A stretch of 64,000 nt of DNA from Zancudomyces culisetae HAW-14-8. Lineage: Eukaryota > Fungi > Kickxellomycota. The notes under the pieces were generated by a model. The model was given only the letters and a program-made list of their open reading frames with translations, was not told the origin of the DNA and searched no databases. The stretch spans positions 1 to 64,000 of the forward strand of contig JBNJNM010000006.1 of assembly GCA_052426225.1 (NCBI GenBank). The letters are read 5' to 3'. Shown in pieces: positions 35,295 through 47,124 of the stretch. Position 1 is the stretch's first letter. Every line of letters begins with the position of its first letter. The position numbers and the translations under genes were made by a program.

Positions 35295-38129
35295 TTAGGA
35301 TTTATGACTAGACAATTCAGCTTTTAATTTGGCGAGCTCAGCGTCTTTTTCTTCGACCATTGACTTGAGTAAAGAAATATAATCAGCAGCGATATTTAAT
35401 ACGTGAACCTTGGAAAGCGACTTTGGTCGACTCTCCTTGAAATTCTCAATAGGAATTACGGCTTTAAGTTTGTTCAAAGCATCTCTTTGGATATCCCTTC
35501 TGCGTTGTTCAGCGACTTTGTGAATATTTCTACGAGATTCAAGGGAAATTTGGAGGTCTTCAGGATATGTAAGACCAAGCTTATCTGAATTTCCTTCAAT
35601 AATGTTTTGATAATTAGATTTTGTAGATAAATTTTCAATAATGTCAGAGACTGAGTTGATTCCGTTGGGGATTGCTGCTAATGGAGAAGTAGTAGAAGAA
35701 GGTGAGGATGAGGGAGTGGTATAAGGTGAGGGAGTCGGCTTTTTATCCGAGGCAGATGGTTTTTTTTTCGAGTTTGAATTAATTTTAGGTTTGGATCCAG
35801 TATGAATAGAGCTGGATTTAGAGTCGAAACTTGATTTAACACGGGGTTTTAAATTGGGTTTACCAATTAAAGTTGAAACGTTTAGTTTTGATCCAGGTTT
35901 AGGACTCCGAGGTAGATGAGATGGGCAGGAAGTAGGAGCCAAAAGGGAAGCCGTTGTTGGCTCAAGTGTATCTGGTTGTTTGGTATCTGGGTATAACTGC
36001 GTGTGTGATGATTCAAGGGCATTATGCAATGTATTTGGTGTTACATTGACACTACCTATTTCCTTAAAGTTGATAGCAGAAGTTCCTAAACCCACTAGAG
36101 GAGCCGAGTTATTGAGGTTTGTGGTCGCTGAAAACGAGTTAGGAGCTGTGCTTGAGGAGCCATGGCTATAGTTTTTTTTAAAAAAGCTATCTTCTGCAGA
36201 ATAATAAGAGTTTTTCGATGAGGAATAATTCATGACATTTAACGAAAGTTGTGTGTCGTCAAGAGCGTTCGGTAAATTAAAGGAAGGAACCAGTATTGGT
36301 GACAAAGACTGAGTTGGCTTCAGCAACTCACTCATGGAACCTAAAACTTGATTGTAGAGACTAACCGAGTTAGTTGGTCTATATAATTTCTGTTGTGGGG
36401 TGGCGCCTAGCAAAGCGAAAATCTTTTCACGATTCGCTTTTGCCTCATTTTCTTTTCTCAGTGTGGCATATTCAGACTGTTGACCTGATAACATACTCCC
36501 CTGAAAATCATGTTTGTTGACATTTTGTGCCTGTTGGGTTGGAAATGCTGCTTCAGGTTTTTGGTATTCATTATACTTCATCAATTCAGTTGGGGTTTTT
36601 CCATTCGAATGGATATCTGATGAAAGAGTGGGCTTATCCGCTAGGCTTTCCAGCAAGTCTTCAGCACATAAATTGCGCCCTAGCACTGAACTTGGGTCAC
36701 CCAAGGATTCCCCACCTGATTTTGATGAACGACTAATGGATGAAGACATGGAGAGTGGGTTCTCTGTTCTCTGTCTTTTGTTTCTGTCACTTGTAAACTG
36801 TAGTTGGTCGTTGGTATCATGTGTGTTTATACTATCTTGTCTTTCTGAAACGGTTTTCTTGGTACTGCTTGTACTTGTGTTTGAGTTTGGGTTTGAGTTT
36901 GAGCTTGTACTTGTACTTGTACTTGTGCTTAAGCTCGCTTCACTTGATATATTCGTGTTGAATGTAGAGAAATGTGAAGAAAATATGTTTTCGTTGTTGT
37001 AAGAATTCTGGTCACGGTTAATTCTTAAAAACAGCGAGTTGTTTATATCTTGATCATTCACCTGCAATGCCGAATTAGTTATTTGCAGCTGCGGTGGTGC
37101 CATAAAGTGCATAAATTGGCCTGGTGGTGCTGACTGTGTAACCCAGCTTTCTAAAATGTTTTGCTGGTTCATTCCACTTGTCTCTATTCCATTTGTTTTA
37201 TTATTGTTTTGTTGCTGCAAAACAGCATCGCTACCCGTTCCTACTGTATCAACAGGCCTCATATTACCCAGAGTTTTTTTTGCATTTATTTTATTAATAT
37301 CGCCTCCCACAGTTGTACTCCTTTCTTTTTTAGTAAGGTCCGAAACCCTTCGCTTTCCTGACCTTGATTTGATATTTAAAAGAACTGCTGGTGTAATCGG
37401 TGCAAGCCCATGGTCTGCAGCTCCCCCTGTTAATCCTGAATAACCTGAGTTTAAGCCTAGGCCTGAATTTAAACCTGGCTCTAAGCCTAAGCCTGAGCCT
37501 GAACTTGATCTTGAACTTGATCTTGAACTTGAACTTGACCTTGATCCCCCATCTACATTTATTGACTTTTTCTTTGGCCTGCCTTTTGATACAACTTTCT
37601 TTACAGCTTCCGCACCTTGTGTTCCAGCCATTTCTTCAGCTTCGTTGATCTCTGGCAATGGCTGAATTGCATACTTAAAACTAGTTAGTATTTCGGCTGC
37701 TTTTTTGTTGGCAGTTCGATTTATTACTTTTGTTACATCACTATACAAACCCGTTTGTGCATTAAAGTATATCGGGTTATCGCTTGTCTCTATATTTGCC
37801 TCGGAATTAGCTCGTGAAATCCTGTCGAGCTCATTACTGATTATATTCTGTTCTAAAAGCTGTGCTGCTACAACATCCTCACCAATTGTTGGTTTCAATA
37901 TCGGCGATACTAGTGGTGTTAATAACACATGGTTTTTTTCCACATCATTAAAAGAATTCCTTCCTGAAATCGACTCTGCGCCGCCGGTGGTATTACTTAT
38001 ATTATATATACTATTAAGCTCTGGTTTTAAGATAGGAGTCAGAAACCGCACTATTTCATCCCGCTCCTCAGCCGTAAAATCGTTGAGTGCGTTATGATTT
38101 TCCTTGACAATATTATTTCTATGTTCCAT
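35295..38129 (-). CDS. PHO4: Pho4/NUC-1-type bHLH transcription factor (phosphate acquisition regulator)
   Basis: SKSNYQNI-like block TKSNYQNIIEG..LGLTYP directly before bHLH RRNIHKVAEQRRR...SKVHVL, as in NUC-1/PalcA; SPIL CDK-type sites in a long low-complexity N-terminus. Confidence 0.85.
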   Translation of the reverse strand: MEHRNNIVKENHNALNDFTAEERDEIVRFLTPILKPELNSIYNISNTTGGAESISGRNSFNDVEKNHVLLTPLVSPILKPTIGEDVVAAQLLEQNIISNELDRISRANSEANIETSDNPIYFNAQTGLYSDVTKVINRTANKKAAEILTSFKYAIQPLPEINEAEEMAGTQGAEAVKKVVSKGRPKKKSINVDGGSRSSSSSRSSSRSSSGSGLGLEPGLNSGLGLNSGYSGLTGGAADHGLAPITPAVLLNIKSRSGKRRVSDLTKKERSTTVGGDINKINAKKTLGNMRPVDTVGTGSDAVLQQQNNNKTNGIETSGMNQQNILESWVTQSAPPGQFMHFMAPPQLQITNSALQVNDQDINNSLFLRINRDQNSYNNENIFSSHFSTFNTNISSEASLSTSTSTSTSSNSNPNSNTSTSSTKKTVSERQDSINTHDTNDQLQFTSDRNKRQRTENPLSMSSSISRSSKSGGESLGDPSSVLGRNLCAEDLLESLADKPTLSSDIHSNGKTPTELMKYNEYQKPEAAFPTQQAQNVNKHDFQGSMLSGQQSEYATLRKENEAKANREKIFALLGATPQQKLYRPTNSVSLYNQVLGSMSELLKPTQSLSPILVPSFNLPNALDDTQLSLNVMNYSSSKNSYYSAEDSFFKKNYSHGSSSTAPNSFSATTNLNNSAPLVGLGTSAINFKEIGSVNVTPNTLHNALESSHTQLYPDTKQPDTLEPTTASLLAPTSCPSHLPRSPKPGSKLNVSTLIGKPNLKPRVKSSFDSKSSSIHTGSKPKINSNSKKKPSASDKKPTPSPYTTPSSSPSSTTSPLAAIPNGINSVSDIIENLSTKSNYQNIIEGNSDKLGLTYPEDLQISLESRRNIHKVAEQRRRDIQRDALNKLKAVIPIENFKESRPKSLSKVHVLNIAADYISLLKSMVEEKDAELAKLKAELSSHKS

Positions 38130-39304
38130 TTCTATTTATTTTCGCTCTAGGGATATTTTAATTCCTATATTTGCCTTTCTTTTCTTCCCTTTACAATAGA
38201 CACTCGAAATGCATAATAATAAACTTTTTCGAACGCGTTCTCTTTTTCAACAATGGTATTTTCGATTAATTTGTCGATTATTATGTTGAAATTTGTTGAT
38301 TAATTTATATTTAGCACAAACTTCAAAAGATATTGTAATAATTATAATATATATATATAATTTTTTTTTTGCCGTATACTTTAAATTATAAATACTTTGT
38401 TCTAATAGTTACAATCTGACAATTTTCAGATTTTATACTTTAGTTGTAGTGATTTATCTCTTGATTTCGCTTATAGATTTCTAATTAAATATTCCACATA
38501 TATCTACCGGAACAGGTTCTTTTCGTGTTAAAAAAAGTGGGGCCCAAAAGTATATTGTTAATTCTGTCGATTTTTGCTATATACTCTACTTTTTTTAATA
38601 TTGCTACTTTCTTTTTCACTAGTTATTTTACTAATATATAAAAATTCAACGCGCTAAAAAAAAAATGATTCATTTCATCAACTTAACCAGTTGTCTAAAG
38701 GTTTTTTATTACCTAATATTGTATAATTTTTACTTTTTCAAACCAACAAAAATACAGATTTCATTTCTTCAAGAAAAAAAAAAGAACAAAAAACATGCGG
38801 ATGTATGTTAATGCTATTTTTCATAAACTTAGTGTGTTTGTCATATTATCCAAGCAAATAATAGCGAATCAAACTAAGCACGTTTTTATAGAAATTTATA
38901 GAACAAATGGAATTACTCTAAATGAGGTTAGCATGGCATACAGGATTTTTGTCATTAACATTATACCATAGCATAGATCTTGCGTAAATTGATGTCAAAA
39001 TGAGAAAAGTGTATATTTCAGAACATCCTTTAATCTATAATTTTACTAATAACTTTGGCGGACGGGTTAAAAAATCAGATAGCTACTGTATTTCTCTAAA
39101 TGGTATCTAGTAACAGTTGATTTTACAATCAATCATAAATGTATTTATTCATTTCTACTCAACTTCAACCCGCAGCTAATTTTGTCAAAAATCTAATGCC
39201 TATGGAATGCAACGGCGTTAATAACATATAAAAGTCGACTTTGTCAACACAAAAAACCGCAAAAAATAAAAAAGCCAGACAACCATTCTGGGCAATCAGA
39301 GTAT

Positions 39305-39365
39305 TATCATTATCATTATCATTATTGTGATTGTGATTGTGATTGTGAATGTGAATGTGAAAGTG
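39305..39365. repeat. Compound hexamer microsatellite (TCATTA)n-(TGTGAT)n-(TGTGAA)n
   Basis: Directly visible. Confidence 0.8.
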
Positions 39366-39802
39366 ATTCTTAAGGCATTTCACAAGTATGCGTGCGTAAC
39401 GACAATCTCTATCAGTATGGTACATCATGTAAAAAAGCACCTTCGAAACGTCATAGTCGAGATCAAAATCGAGACCCTGAGTCTATTGCCGCTTTATCAT
39501 GATTATTCTTTTTTTTTTTTTAATTCAAAACATAATCGATAAGCGCTCTGGTTTGATTTAGTATTTATTTAGAGATAAAATCATCTAGCTAAAACATAGT
39601 GCAATTTGAAAATTACCTCAACAATACAAGGCAAAATTTATAATAGCTAAAAAATATAAAACTATCAAATGGAAAACACCATTAACACATACATACATAC
39701 ACACACATACTCTCTCTCTTTTTTTCTCTCGAAACTCCACTAGCATGATAAGAAATAATGTTGATAGCAATACTAATAAGAATAATATTATTAAGTACCA
39801 CA

Positions 39803-41872
39803 TCAATAAACGCCCCCCTCAATAAAATCAGTAAGTAGATTGGAGGTATAAAATCCCCTATCTGTGATGTGCACTAATGCATTGAAAACTAAACCGGAAA
39901 CTCTAGAGTGAACAGACTTCAACTGATCTTCGGTAATATTGAGTGCCAGTCCTTCGCTATCCTTACCTCTGAGAATTGATCCGGGCTGAACAAATTTAAA
40001 CGCAGTGTTAAAGAACAATGTCGAATCTGGGTTCAAAACGTTGATTATAGATACCATGGCTTTGGAAGGGGAAGAAGAGCAATCGCATTGTATGTATCTT
40101 TTATATGAACTGGAATTATTTGGGGCACCTAGATAGGTGGGAGTAAGCAACAGATTAAATTTTGATACAAAGCATGGACATGTTTTGGTATTAAAAATCA
40201 GATTGAAGGTAATCCATGGATGAATGTCCTGCTTTGTCACACCTATTAGTTCCATATTGAAATTCAGCTCATTGTATGCCGTATTTGCAGTCATAAAAAA
40301 GTACTTTACTTCCAGAGCTTTGACCACAAATTTGTAGTACACCTCCGAAATTATTGAAAATTTTGAGAGAAGTCCCAGGATGCCTACAATAGTATGCATG
40401 TTGGTTGTTACAGAATCCAAGTTGGGAAAGTCAGGTATATCAACACAGTTTGCTAATATACAGGTTGCTGGAAGTAACCAAAATCCACTATCAGGATGCC
40501 AAAAGTGTGCTGGAATATTAGCTAAATGATCATTCACAACGTTTACTTGCCTGAAACAAGCATCGAGACACTTTGACTTTGCCATGAGTACATTCTCTGG
40601 ATTTATTCTTCCATCTTTGTCTGAGCAGATATAGCTACCGCACATAACAATTAAGGATGAATTGTACATCATTTCTGTTACAAATTTATAGCAGTTTTTT
40701 TCTATAGCTATCAGCTCTCCAACAACTCTGTAGTCTTCTTCAACTTTCTTTGCCACTACCTCCATTGTTAAGAATTTTGACTCAATTCTATCCAAAATCT
40801 TTCTTATAGACGCCGAAAAAAGTTCTATACTCACTTGTACAGATTGGCTATCATGTTTATAGCAACTGTCTAGAGTATTGTATCCCTTGAACACGTCATT
40901 TGTACTACAGTCCAACAAAATGATATCTGCAAGTATGGACTGGCTTGATATTTCTACTGATTCCATAGTTTTAACAAAAGTGTTAAGTCTATGAACTTTG
41001 TTGCTACAACCTGCACAATCACCTCCGTATCTCCACCACCAATCAGAGCTTGGAAGGTTCACCTTAAATCCATTTTTTGTCGTTGATGCTGGGACTGATA
41101 TTATAGCGGACCGGTGTCTGTCATACATGTAACACATCCACCATACCCTTCTCATCCGCTCAACTTCTACCTTGTAACCCTCTACTCCATACTTTTTTTT
41201 GATACTATCGATCGAATTTTCCAAGTCGTATAACCGTAGTGACTTTGCTGAATTTATTGCAAGGGTAATCATCGCGTCGTATGTAGCAAAATCCCCTTTA
41301 TCTAGGCTGAACACACCCACTAAAATACATGACCAAACGTAATCCAAGTCAACCTCTGCATAAGTAATTTTTAACAGCGAAAGTGCCTTTGCTGCGAATG
41401 AAGCTCCTCTGAAGCAGGGCTTGGTATTTCTGAATGTTCCAACCTCCAGAAATCGAGATCCAGCAGCCAAGATTGAGTAAAACAGGCATCTAGATACGGT
41501 TCTATTTTTAATTTTCCCCAACAATTCAGGAATCCGCAATGGAAGTACACAGAGCTGAGCAGAATGTGCCAATTTCCACACCATTAATTCAATATCGCCA
41601 AACCCTGGCACATCGAATATCATTTCCTCCTGCTCGTCAGTCATAGGCTGGTCATTAAATGAAGATGAACCATATATCTCTTCTTTATCGTGTAAGCTTT
41701 GAACTTTTGCTCGCGGCACCATTCTACAGCTGGCCGCCACATCAAATTGAGAGTCTTCTTCTTCCTCTGTGCTAAGATCGATTCCATACCTATATCCCAA
41801 TCTTTGTATTAGTTCTTGTATTCTTTCTATCCTCTCTTCCACCTGTAGCTTTCCACCCTTCTCTTGAAGCAT
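39803..41872 (-). CDS. Fungal-specific transcription-factor (middle homology region) domain protein, no Zn2Cys6 cluster visible
   Basis: 689-aa ORF with LFYSILAAGSRF, AKSLRL, ERMRRVWWMCYMYDR, VNLP motifs. Confidence 0.85.
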   Translation of the reverse strand: MLQEKGGKLQVEERIERIQELIQRLGYRYGIDLSTEEEEDSQFDVAASCRMVPRAKVQSLHDKEEIYGSSSFNDQPMTDEQEEMIFDVPGFGDIELMVWKLAHSAQLCVLPLRIPELLGKIKNRTVSRCLFYSILAAGSRFLEVGTFRNTKPCFRGASFAAKALSLLKITYAEVDLDYVWSCILVGVFSLDKGDFATYDAMITLAINSAKSLRLYDLENSIDSIKKKYGVEGYKVEVERMRRVWWMCYMYDRHRSAIISVPASTTKNGFKVNLPSSDWWWRYGGDCAGCSNKVHRLNTFVKTMESVEISSQSILADIILLDCSTNDVFKGYNTLDSCYKHDSQSVQVSIELFSASIRKILDRIESKFLTMEVVAKKVEEDYRVVGELIAIEKNCYKFVTEMMYNSSLIVMCGSYICSDKDGRINPENVLMAKSKCLDACFRQVNVVNDHLANIPAHFWHPDSGFWLLPATCILANCVDIPDFPNLDSVTTNMHTIVGILGLLSKFSIISEVYYKFVVKALEVKYFFMTANTAYNELNFNMELIGVTKQDIHPWITFNLIFNTKTCPCFVSKFNLLLTPTYLGAPNNSSSYKRYIQCDCSSSPSKAMVSIINVLNPDSTLFFNTAFKFVQPGSILRGKDSEGLALNITEDQLKSVHSRVSGLVFNALVHITDRGFYTSNLLTDFIEGGVY

Positions 41873-44361
41873 TTTCTCTTATATTTGAATTCGAATTTCG
41901 CTACACTAGGTCTATACCGCTTATGATTCAAGTGAACTGGCTTTGCTCTCGTAGTCAATCGTCAGAAGGACCCGTTTAAATATGGATGAACGCCTCTATT
42001 AGAGTTTTATCGCCTATTAGAATTATTTATACTAGCATAAATACTGGTGTTTTACGTTTTCCCCCTCCTCCTTTTATAACAGAGGTTTTACAATTTTGTT
42101 TTGAATGTGTTAATAATTAATAGATTTTCCCAGTGTCAAAACCGACCAAAATTTGGAAAATAAATTCAAATTAGTCTTTGGCATTTACAGAAAACTTCAC
42201 TTTAGGAAATAAAAAGTATACACCGATAAATTTCTAATGGATTTTTTTATTTGTTGTTTATTGGGAATAGTATTACATAAACTAAATGCGATTTGAGCTA
42301 AATCAACCAAAAATAATAAATATTAGTTTGAAGCATAGTTAATGGATAATAATTCACGAAAATCTAGACTAGAAAAATGTGACTGACCCAGTTTCATCAA
42401 TTGTAATACCAAAGCGTCAACAAAAAGAAAAACCTCGCCCAAGGTTTACAAAATCAGCTACATTGTTGAGGTCAAAATGAAACGCTGCTTTGTTATCACT
42501 GATTAATTGGTGCCGGGTGAGCGGTTGAAGTACTTGCCCGACTTTCCTCTTTTGGATTTGTCATTTTTAATTAATTTGGTTTGCTTATTAGTGTAACTCT
42601 ACAAAAGGTAATATGCTTGAAATCATGTGAGCGCATCTAGAAAAGCTAAATGCACATATTTGTAGGGATTACAAAAAGATAGGTCAGACTAGTTTGACCA
42701 CAGGTTCTGACCAGAGCTATAAAAAGTGTTGTAAAACAGCCCATGTGGAAGCGTGTGACCACCAGCTGGAAAATGCCACAGTATTGAGAGCCTAGCAAAA
42801 CTGCGAGGCTAGATCGAATTATGGGTGTTTATGGCTACACGTTTTCTTATTGAAGTTAAACAATTTGTTTAGTTTAGATTAATAAGATTAGTTGGGCTAG
42901 TTGCATGTACAATATTGTTGGAACTACGTGAAGGCGGCTCCGAGCTCCTATATAACTATCTCGCAGACCAGTATACTTGCCATTCATAAAGGCCTGAGGC
43001 AACATGGTTTAGAAGTCACTAATCGTGGTTTGCGACTACATATATCAACTTTTTTTTTTTTGAAATTAATCAACTTTCCAGCCTTGCACTGGTATCATTA
43101 GACTTGGGTCGAAGCATGACAGAATAGTTTCACCAGGTGAAGAATGTATGATTGGTTAGATAACTGCTACCCATAATTTATTCTTGCTGTTTTATGTACT
43201 ACTCACAGCGGAATTCATGATGACATTAGAAAAACAAAAAAACAGGTGGTGATTTTGTTACCAGTGGCAAAAGCATAATTTCATTTTGCTATACATGTTT
43301 TATCAAAATCTTCCTCGTATCTATTCCAACCAGTTATATTAGTCAGCTTGTCTTTCTGATAAGTGTTAGAGCTTTCATTTCATTAAAAATATTCTAGAAC
43401 TCAGCCTTGCAGGCACAAAAGAACACAAAAAAAGTTAAAATGAATTTATGCACCATATATTATTTCCAACTGGTTTTTTGAATATCACGTGTTTACTTAT
43501 GAGATTTTAACCCCAGCTATAGATTTTACAATTGAATATGCCTAATATTTGTATATATCATCAATCTGTTAACATAATAATTTAGCTTGAATGCAGTCAT
43601 ATTATCATCTTAGCAGGTTACCTTGATACTCTGCTAATTATCTTTAACCCACTTTTAATCAACTAATATTGTGTTGCATATAACACATAAATACTGTGAC
43701 TTTAACAAAGATAACCATAGCCAAATACCAAACTTGACTATTTATCTGTATAACTTGGAGTAATTCGGGCACACCATAAATGTCTATTAATGCAAAGCAT
43801 GTTCAAACATGAAGTGTCGTGAATATTAAAAAAAACACTGCATGTTTGATTGGTCTTGAGTACTTGTTTTGAATTATTGCTAGGATTTTAGTTACTTTGA
43901 GAAATTGTAACTGTAACGATCCTAAAAAACACATTAAAATGTACAATTAGTTCACTCAGAAATTTTTTTTTACATCATCACCTGTTAAATGTTTTTGTGT
44001 CAGTTGAAGAAATTATCTTCCTTGTTTTGTATCAATCAAAATAAAGGACAAATCTTGGTATAGTTTTTGAATTAGTAAAAAAAGGCGAATTACAAAGATA
44101 CTGATGGGATTTTAAATGCTGACCATTTATAAGTTGTAAGAAATTCAGTTTTGAAAAGGTATTTCTTGTTTTGGAGTTAACCTGATAAAAACTTAATCAA
44201 GATAAAAACGCAAAAACTAAAATATTGAAAATCGTAAGGGTTAGCACCGCCTAGAGTGGCTATAAAGTGAGATAGTATAAAAGCTCTAAATTAATTGACG
44301 ATGAATTGCGAATAACGTTAAAAAAAAATGATAAGGATATGCGTTTGAATGTGGTTTATGT

Positions 44362-47124
44362 TCACATGAATTGGAGAGGCATAATACCAAGTGATACTGA
44401 GCTGGATGAGCTGGATGAAGTTGGTGAAGTTGGGCCAGTTGGACTTGTTGGACCTGTTGGTGATGTTGGACCAGTTGGCGATGTTGGACCGGTTGGGCTA
44501 GTTGGGCTAGTTGGGCCAGTTGAAGTAGGACCAGTTGGTGATGTTGGACCTGTTGGCGATGTTGGACCTGTTGGTGATGTTGGACCAGTTGGCGATGTTG
44601 GACCGGTTGGGCTAGTTGGGCTAGTTGGGCCAGTTGAAGTAGGACCAGTTGGTGATGTTGGACCTGTTGGCGATGTTGGACCAGTTGGAGATGTTGGACC
44701 TGTTGGACCTGTTGGAGATGTTGGACCAGTTGGAGATGTTGGACTGGTTGGAGATGTTGGACCTGTTGGAGATGTTGGACCAGTTGGGCTAGTTGGGCCA
44801 GTTGAAGTAGGACCAGTTGGTGATGTTGGACCAGTTGGCGATGTTGGACCGGTTGGGCTAGTTGGGCTAGTTGGGCCAGTTGAAGTAGGACCAGTTGGTG
44901 ATGTTGGACCTGTTGGCGATGTTGGACCTGTTGGTGATGTTGGACCTGTTGGTGAAGTAGGACCAGTTGGTGAAGTAGGACCAGTTGGAGATGTTGGACC
45001 AGTTGGCGATGTTGGACCTGTTGGAGATGTTGGACCAGTTGGGCTAGTTGGGCCAGTTGAAGTAGGACCTGTTGGTGATGTTGGACCTGTTGGAGATGTT
45101 GGACCGGTTGGTGAAGTTGGACCAGTTGGTGAAGTTGGACCAGTTGGAGATGTTGGACCTGTTGGAGATGTTGGACCTGTTGGAGATGTTGGACCTGTTG
45201 GAGATGTTGGACCAGTTGGGCTAGTTGGGCCAGTTGAAGTAGGACCAGTTGGTGATGTTGGACCAGTTGGCGATGTTGGACCGGTTGGGCTAGTTGGGCT
45301 AGTTGGGCCAGTTGAAGTAGGACCAGTTGGTGATGTTGGACCTGTTGGCGATGTTGGACCTGTTGGCGATGTTGGACCTGTTGGTGATGTTGGACCTGTT
45401 GGTGATGTTGGACCTGTTGGTGAAGTAGGACCAGTTGGTGAAGTAGGACCAGTTGGAGATGTTGGACCAGTTGGCGATGTTGGACCTGTTGGTGATGTTG
45501 GACCAGTTGGGCTAGTTGGGCCAGTTGAAGTAGGACCTGTTGGTGATGTTGGACCTGTTGGAGATGTTGGACCGGTTGGTGAAGTTGGACCTGTTGGTGA
45601 AGTTGGACCAGTTGGAGATGTTGGACCTGTTGGAGATGTTGGACCTGTTGGAGATGTTGGACCTGTTGGAGATGTTGGACCAGTTGGGCTAGTTGGGCCA
45701 GTTGAAGTAGGACCAGTTGGTGATGTTGGACCAGTTGGCGATGTTGGACCGGTTGGGCTAGTTGGGCTAGTTGGGCCAGTTGAAGTAGGACCAGTTGGTG
45801 ATGTTGGACCTGTTGGCGATGTTGGACCTGTTGGTGATGTTGGACCTGTTGGTGATGTTGGACCTGTTGGTGAAGTAGGACCAGTTGGTGAAGTAGGACC
45901 AGTTGGAGATGTTGGACCAGTTGGCGATGTTGGACCAGTTGGAGATGTTGGACCAGTTGGGCTAGTTGGGCCAGTTGAAGTAGGACCTGTTGGTGATGTT
46001 GGACCTGTTGGAGATGTTGGACCGGTTGGTGAAGTTGGACCAGTTGGTGAAGTTGGACCAGTTGGAGATGTTGGACCTGTTGGAGATGTTGGACCTGTTG
46101 GAGATGTTGGACCTGTTGGAGATGTTGGACCTGTTGGAGATGTTGGACCAGTTGGGCTAGTTGGGCCAGTTGAAGTAGGACCAGTTGGTGATGTTGGACC
46201 AGTTGGCGATGTTGGACCGGTTGGGCTAGTTGGGCTAGTTGGGCCAGTTGAAGTAGGACCAGTTGGTGATGTTGGACCTGTTGGCGATGTTGGACCTGTT
46301 GGTGATGTTGGACCTGTTGGTGATGTTGGACCTGTTGGTGAAGTAGGACCAGTTGGTGAAGTAGGACCAGTTGGAGATGTTGGACCAGTTGGCGATGTTG
46401 GACCTGTTGGAGATGTTGGACCAGTTGGGCTAGTTGGGCCAGTTGAAGTAGGACCTGTTGGTGATGTTGGACCTGTTGGAGATGTTGGACCAGTTGAAGA
46501 TGTTGGGCCAGTTGGTGAGGTGTTACATGCGGTTGTGGTAGCCGTTACAGTACTCGTGGATACTGTTGTAAGCTTGGTGGTACCAGATGTGACCGTCTTT
46601 GTTTGCGTTGATCCGGGAGAGTCTATAGTTCTTGTTACATATACAGTTTTATCGGTATACTTTGTGGTGGCTGTGCTAGCTCCCGGAGATACCTTGCTGG
46701 TCACAACACGGTAATACTCCTCGATTATACATGTAGTGTATATGTATTGAACAATTGGTGGTGGTGGAGGCGGAACACCGAAAAATCTGTCGCTGAGCTC
46801 ATCTTCACTAGTTGAAGTGCTTGTGGGTGTTTCCGTACTGATGTCAACACTCATGACAGGCCCTATAGAAACATTTGGGTCATCTGTTGGTATCGCATCG
46901 CTATCGAGTAATACAAGCTCATCATTTAAAGCTCTAGCTCCATTTGCATGTACTGTAGGTATAGCAGGTTGAGTTGACTTTCTTGCGTTCCTGCTTATTT
47001 TCATTGCTTTTGTTTTTGTCGTAAATGCATTTTTTGGAACTGTACCAGGTTCAACTGTCTGCTTTGAAAGAGCTGAACTTGCCAAAAGGGTCAAAGTAAT
47101 AAATACGCTCTTATTAAACACCAT
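44362..47124 (-). CDS. Secreted Thr/Pro/Ser/Gly repeat (mucin/extensin-like) protein
   Basis: Signal peptide, unique ~200-aa N-terminus with PPPPPP and two Cys, then ~700 aa of (TGPTSP)n. Confidence 0.9.
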   Translation of the reverse strand: MVFNKSVFITLTLLASSALSKQTVEPGTVPKNAFTTKTKAMKISRNARKSTQPAIPTVHANGARALNDELVLLDSDAIPTDDPNVSIGPVMSVDISTETPTSTSTSEDELSDRFFGVPPPPPPIVQYIYTTCIIEEYYRVVTSKVSPGASTATTKYTDKTVYVTRTIDSPGSTQTKTVTSGTTKLTTVSTSTVTATTTACNTSPTGPTSSTGPTSPTGPTSPTGPTSTGPTSPTGPTSPTGPTSPTGPTSPTGPTSPTGPTSPTGPTSPTGPTSPTGPTSPTGPTSPTGPTSTGPTSPTSPTGPTSPTGPTSPTGPTSTGPTSPTGPTSPTGPTSPTGPTSPTGPTSPTGPTSPTGPTSPTGPTSPTGPTSPTGPTSPTGPTSTGPTSPTGPTSPTGPTSPTGPTSPTGPTSPTGPTSPTGPTSPTGPTSPTGPTSPTGPTSPTGPTSTGPTSPTSPTGPTSPTGPTSPTGPTSTGPTSPTGPTSPTGPTSPTGPTSPTGPTSPTGPTSPTGPTSPTGPTSPTGPTSPTGPTSTGPTSPTGPTSPTGPTSPTGPTSPTGPTSPTGPTSPTGPTSPTGPTSPTGPTSPTGPTSPTGPTSPTGPTSTGPTSPTSPTGPTSPTGPTSPTGPTSTGPTSPTGPTSPTGPTSPTGPTSPTGPTSPTGPTSPTGPTSPTGPTSPTGPTSPTGPTSTGPTSPTGPTSPTGPTSPTGPTSPTGPTSPTGPTSPTGPTSPTGPTSPTGPTSPTGPTSTGPTSPTSPTGPTSPTGPTSPTGPTSTGPTSPTGPTSPTGPTSPTSPTSPTGPTSPTGPTGPTSPTGPTSPTGPTSPTGPTSTGPTSPTSPTGPTSPTGPTSPTGPTSPTGPTSPTGPTSTGPTSPTSPTGPTSPTGPTSPTGPTSPTGPTSPTSSSSSSSVSLGIMPLQFM
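44416..46522 (-). repeat. Coding minisatellite, 18-nt unit (TGPTSP) with higher-order repeats
   Basis: Marker CCGGTTGGGCTAGTTGGGCTA recurs at 44489, 44603, 44849, 45281, 45749, 46217 (spacings 114, 246, 432, 468, 468). Confidence 0.97.

Noticed and set aside
38878-38886. GCACGTTTT Pho4-type site ~750 bp upstream of the Pho4 gene (autoregulation)
   Set aside because: Single short motif, compatible with chance.
44178-44390. Alternative spliced last exon giving the TGPTSP protein a hydrophobic GPI-like tail (ATLGGANPYDFQYFSFCVFILIKFLSG)
   Set aside because: Weak donor (GTATTA), and T-rich DNA gives hydrophobic translations by chance; needs RNA-seq.
44306-46714. 802-aa antisense ORF (VGPVGD)n, superficially collagen- or elastin-like
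   Set aside because: Shadow of the TGPTSP repeat; TTG start, no signal peptide, and synonymous variation falls at third positions of the minus-strand gene.
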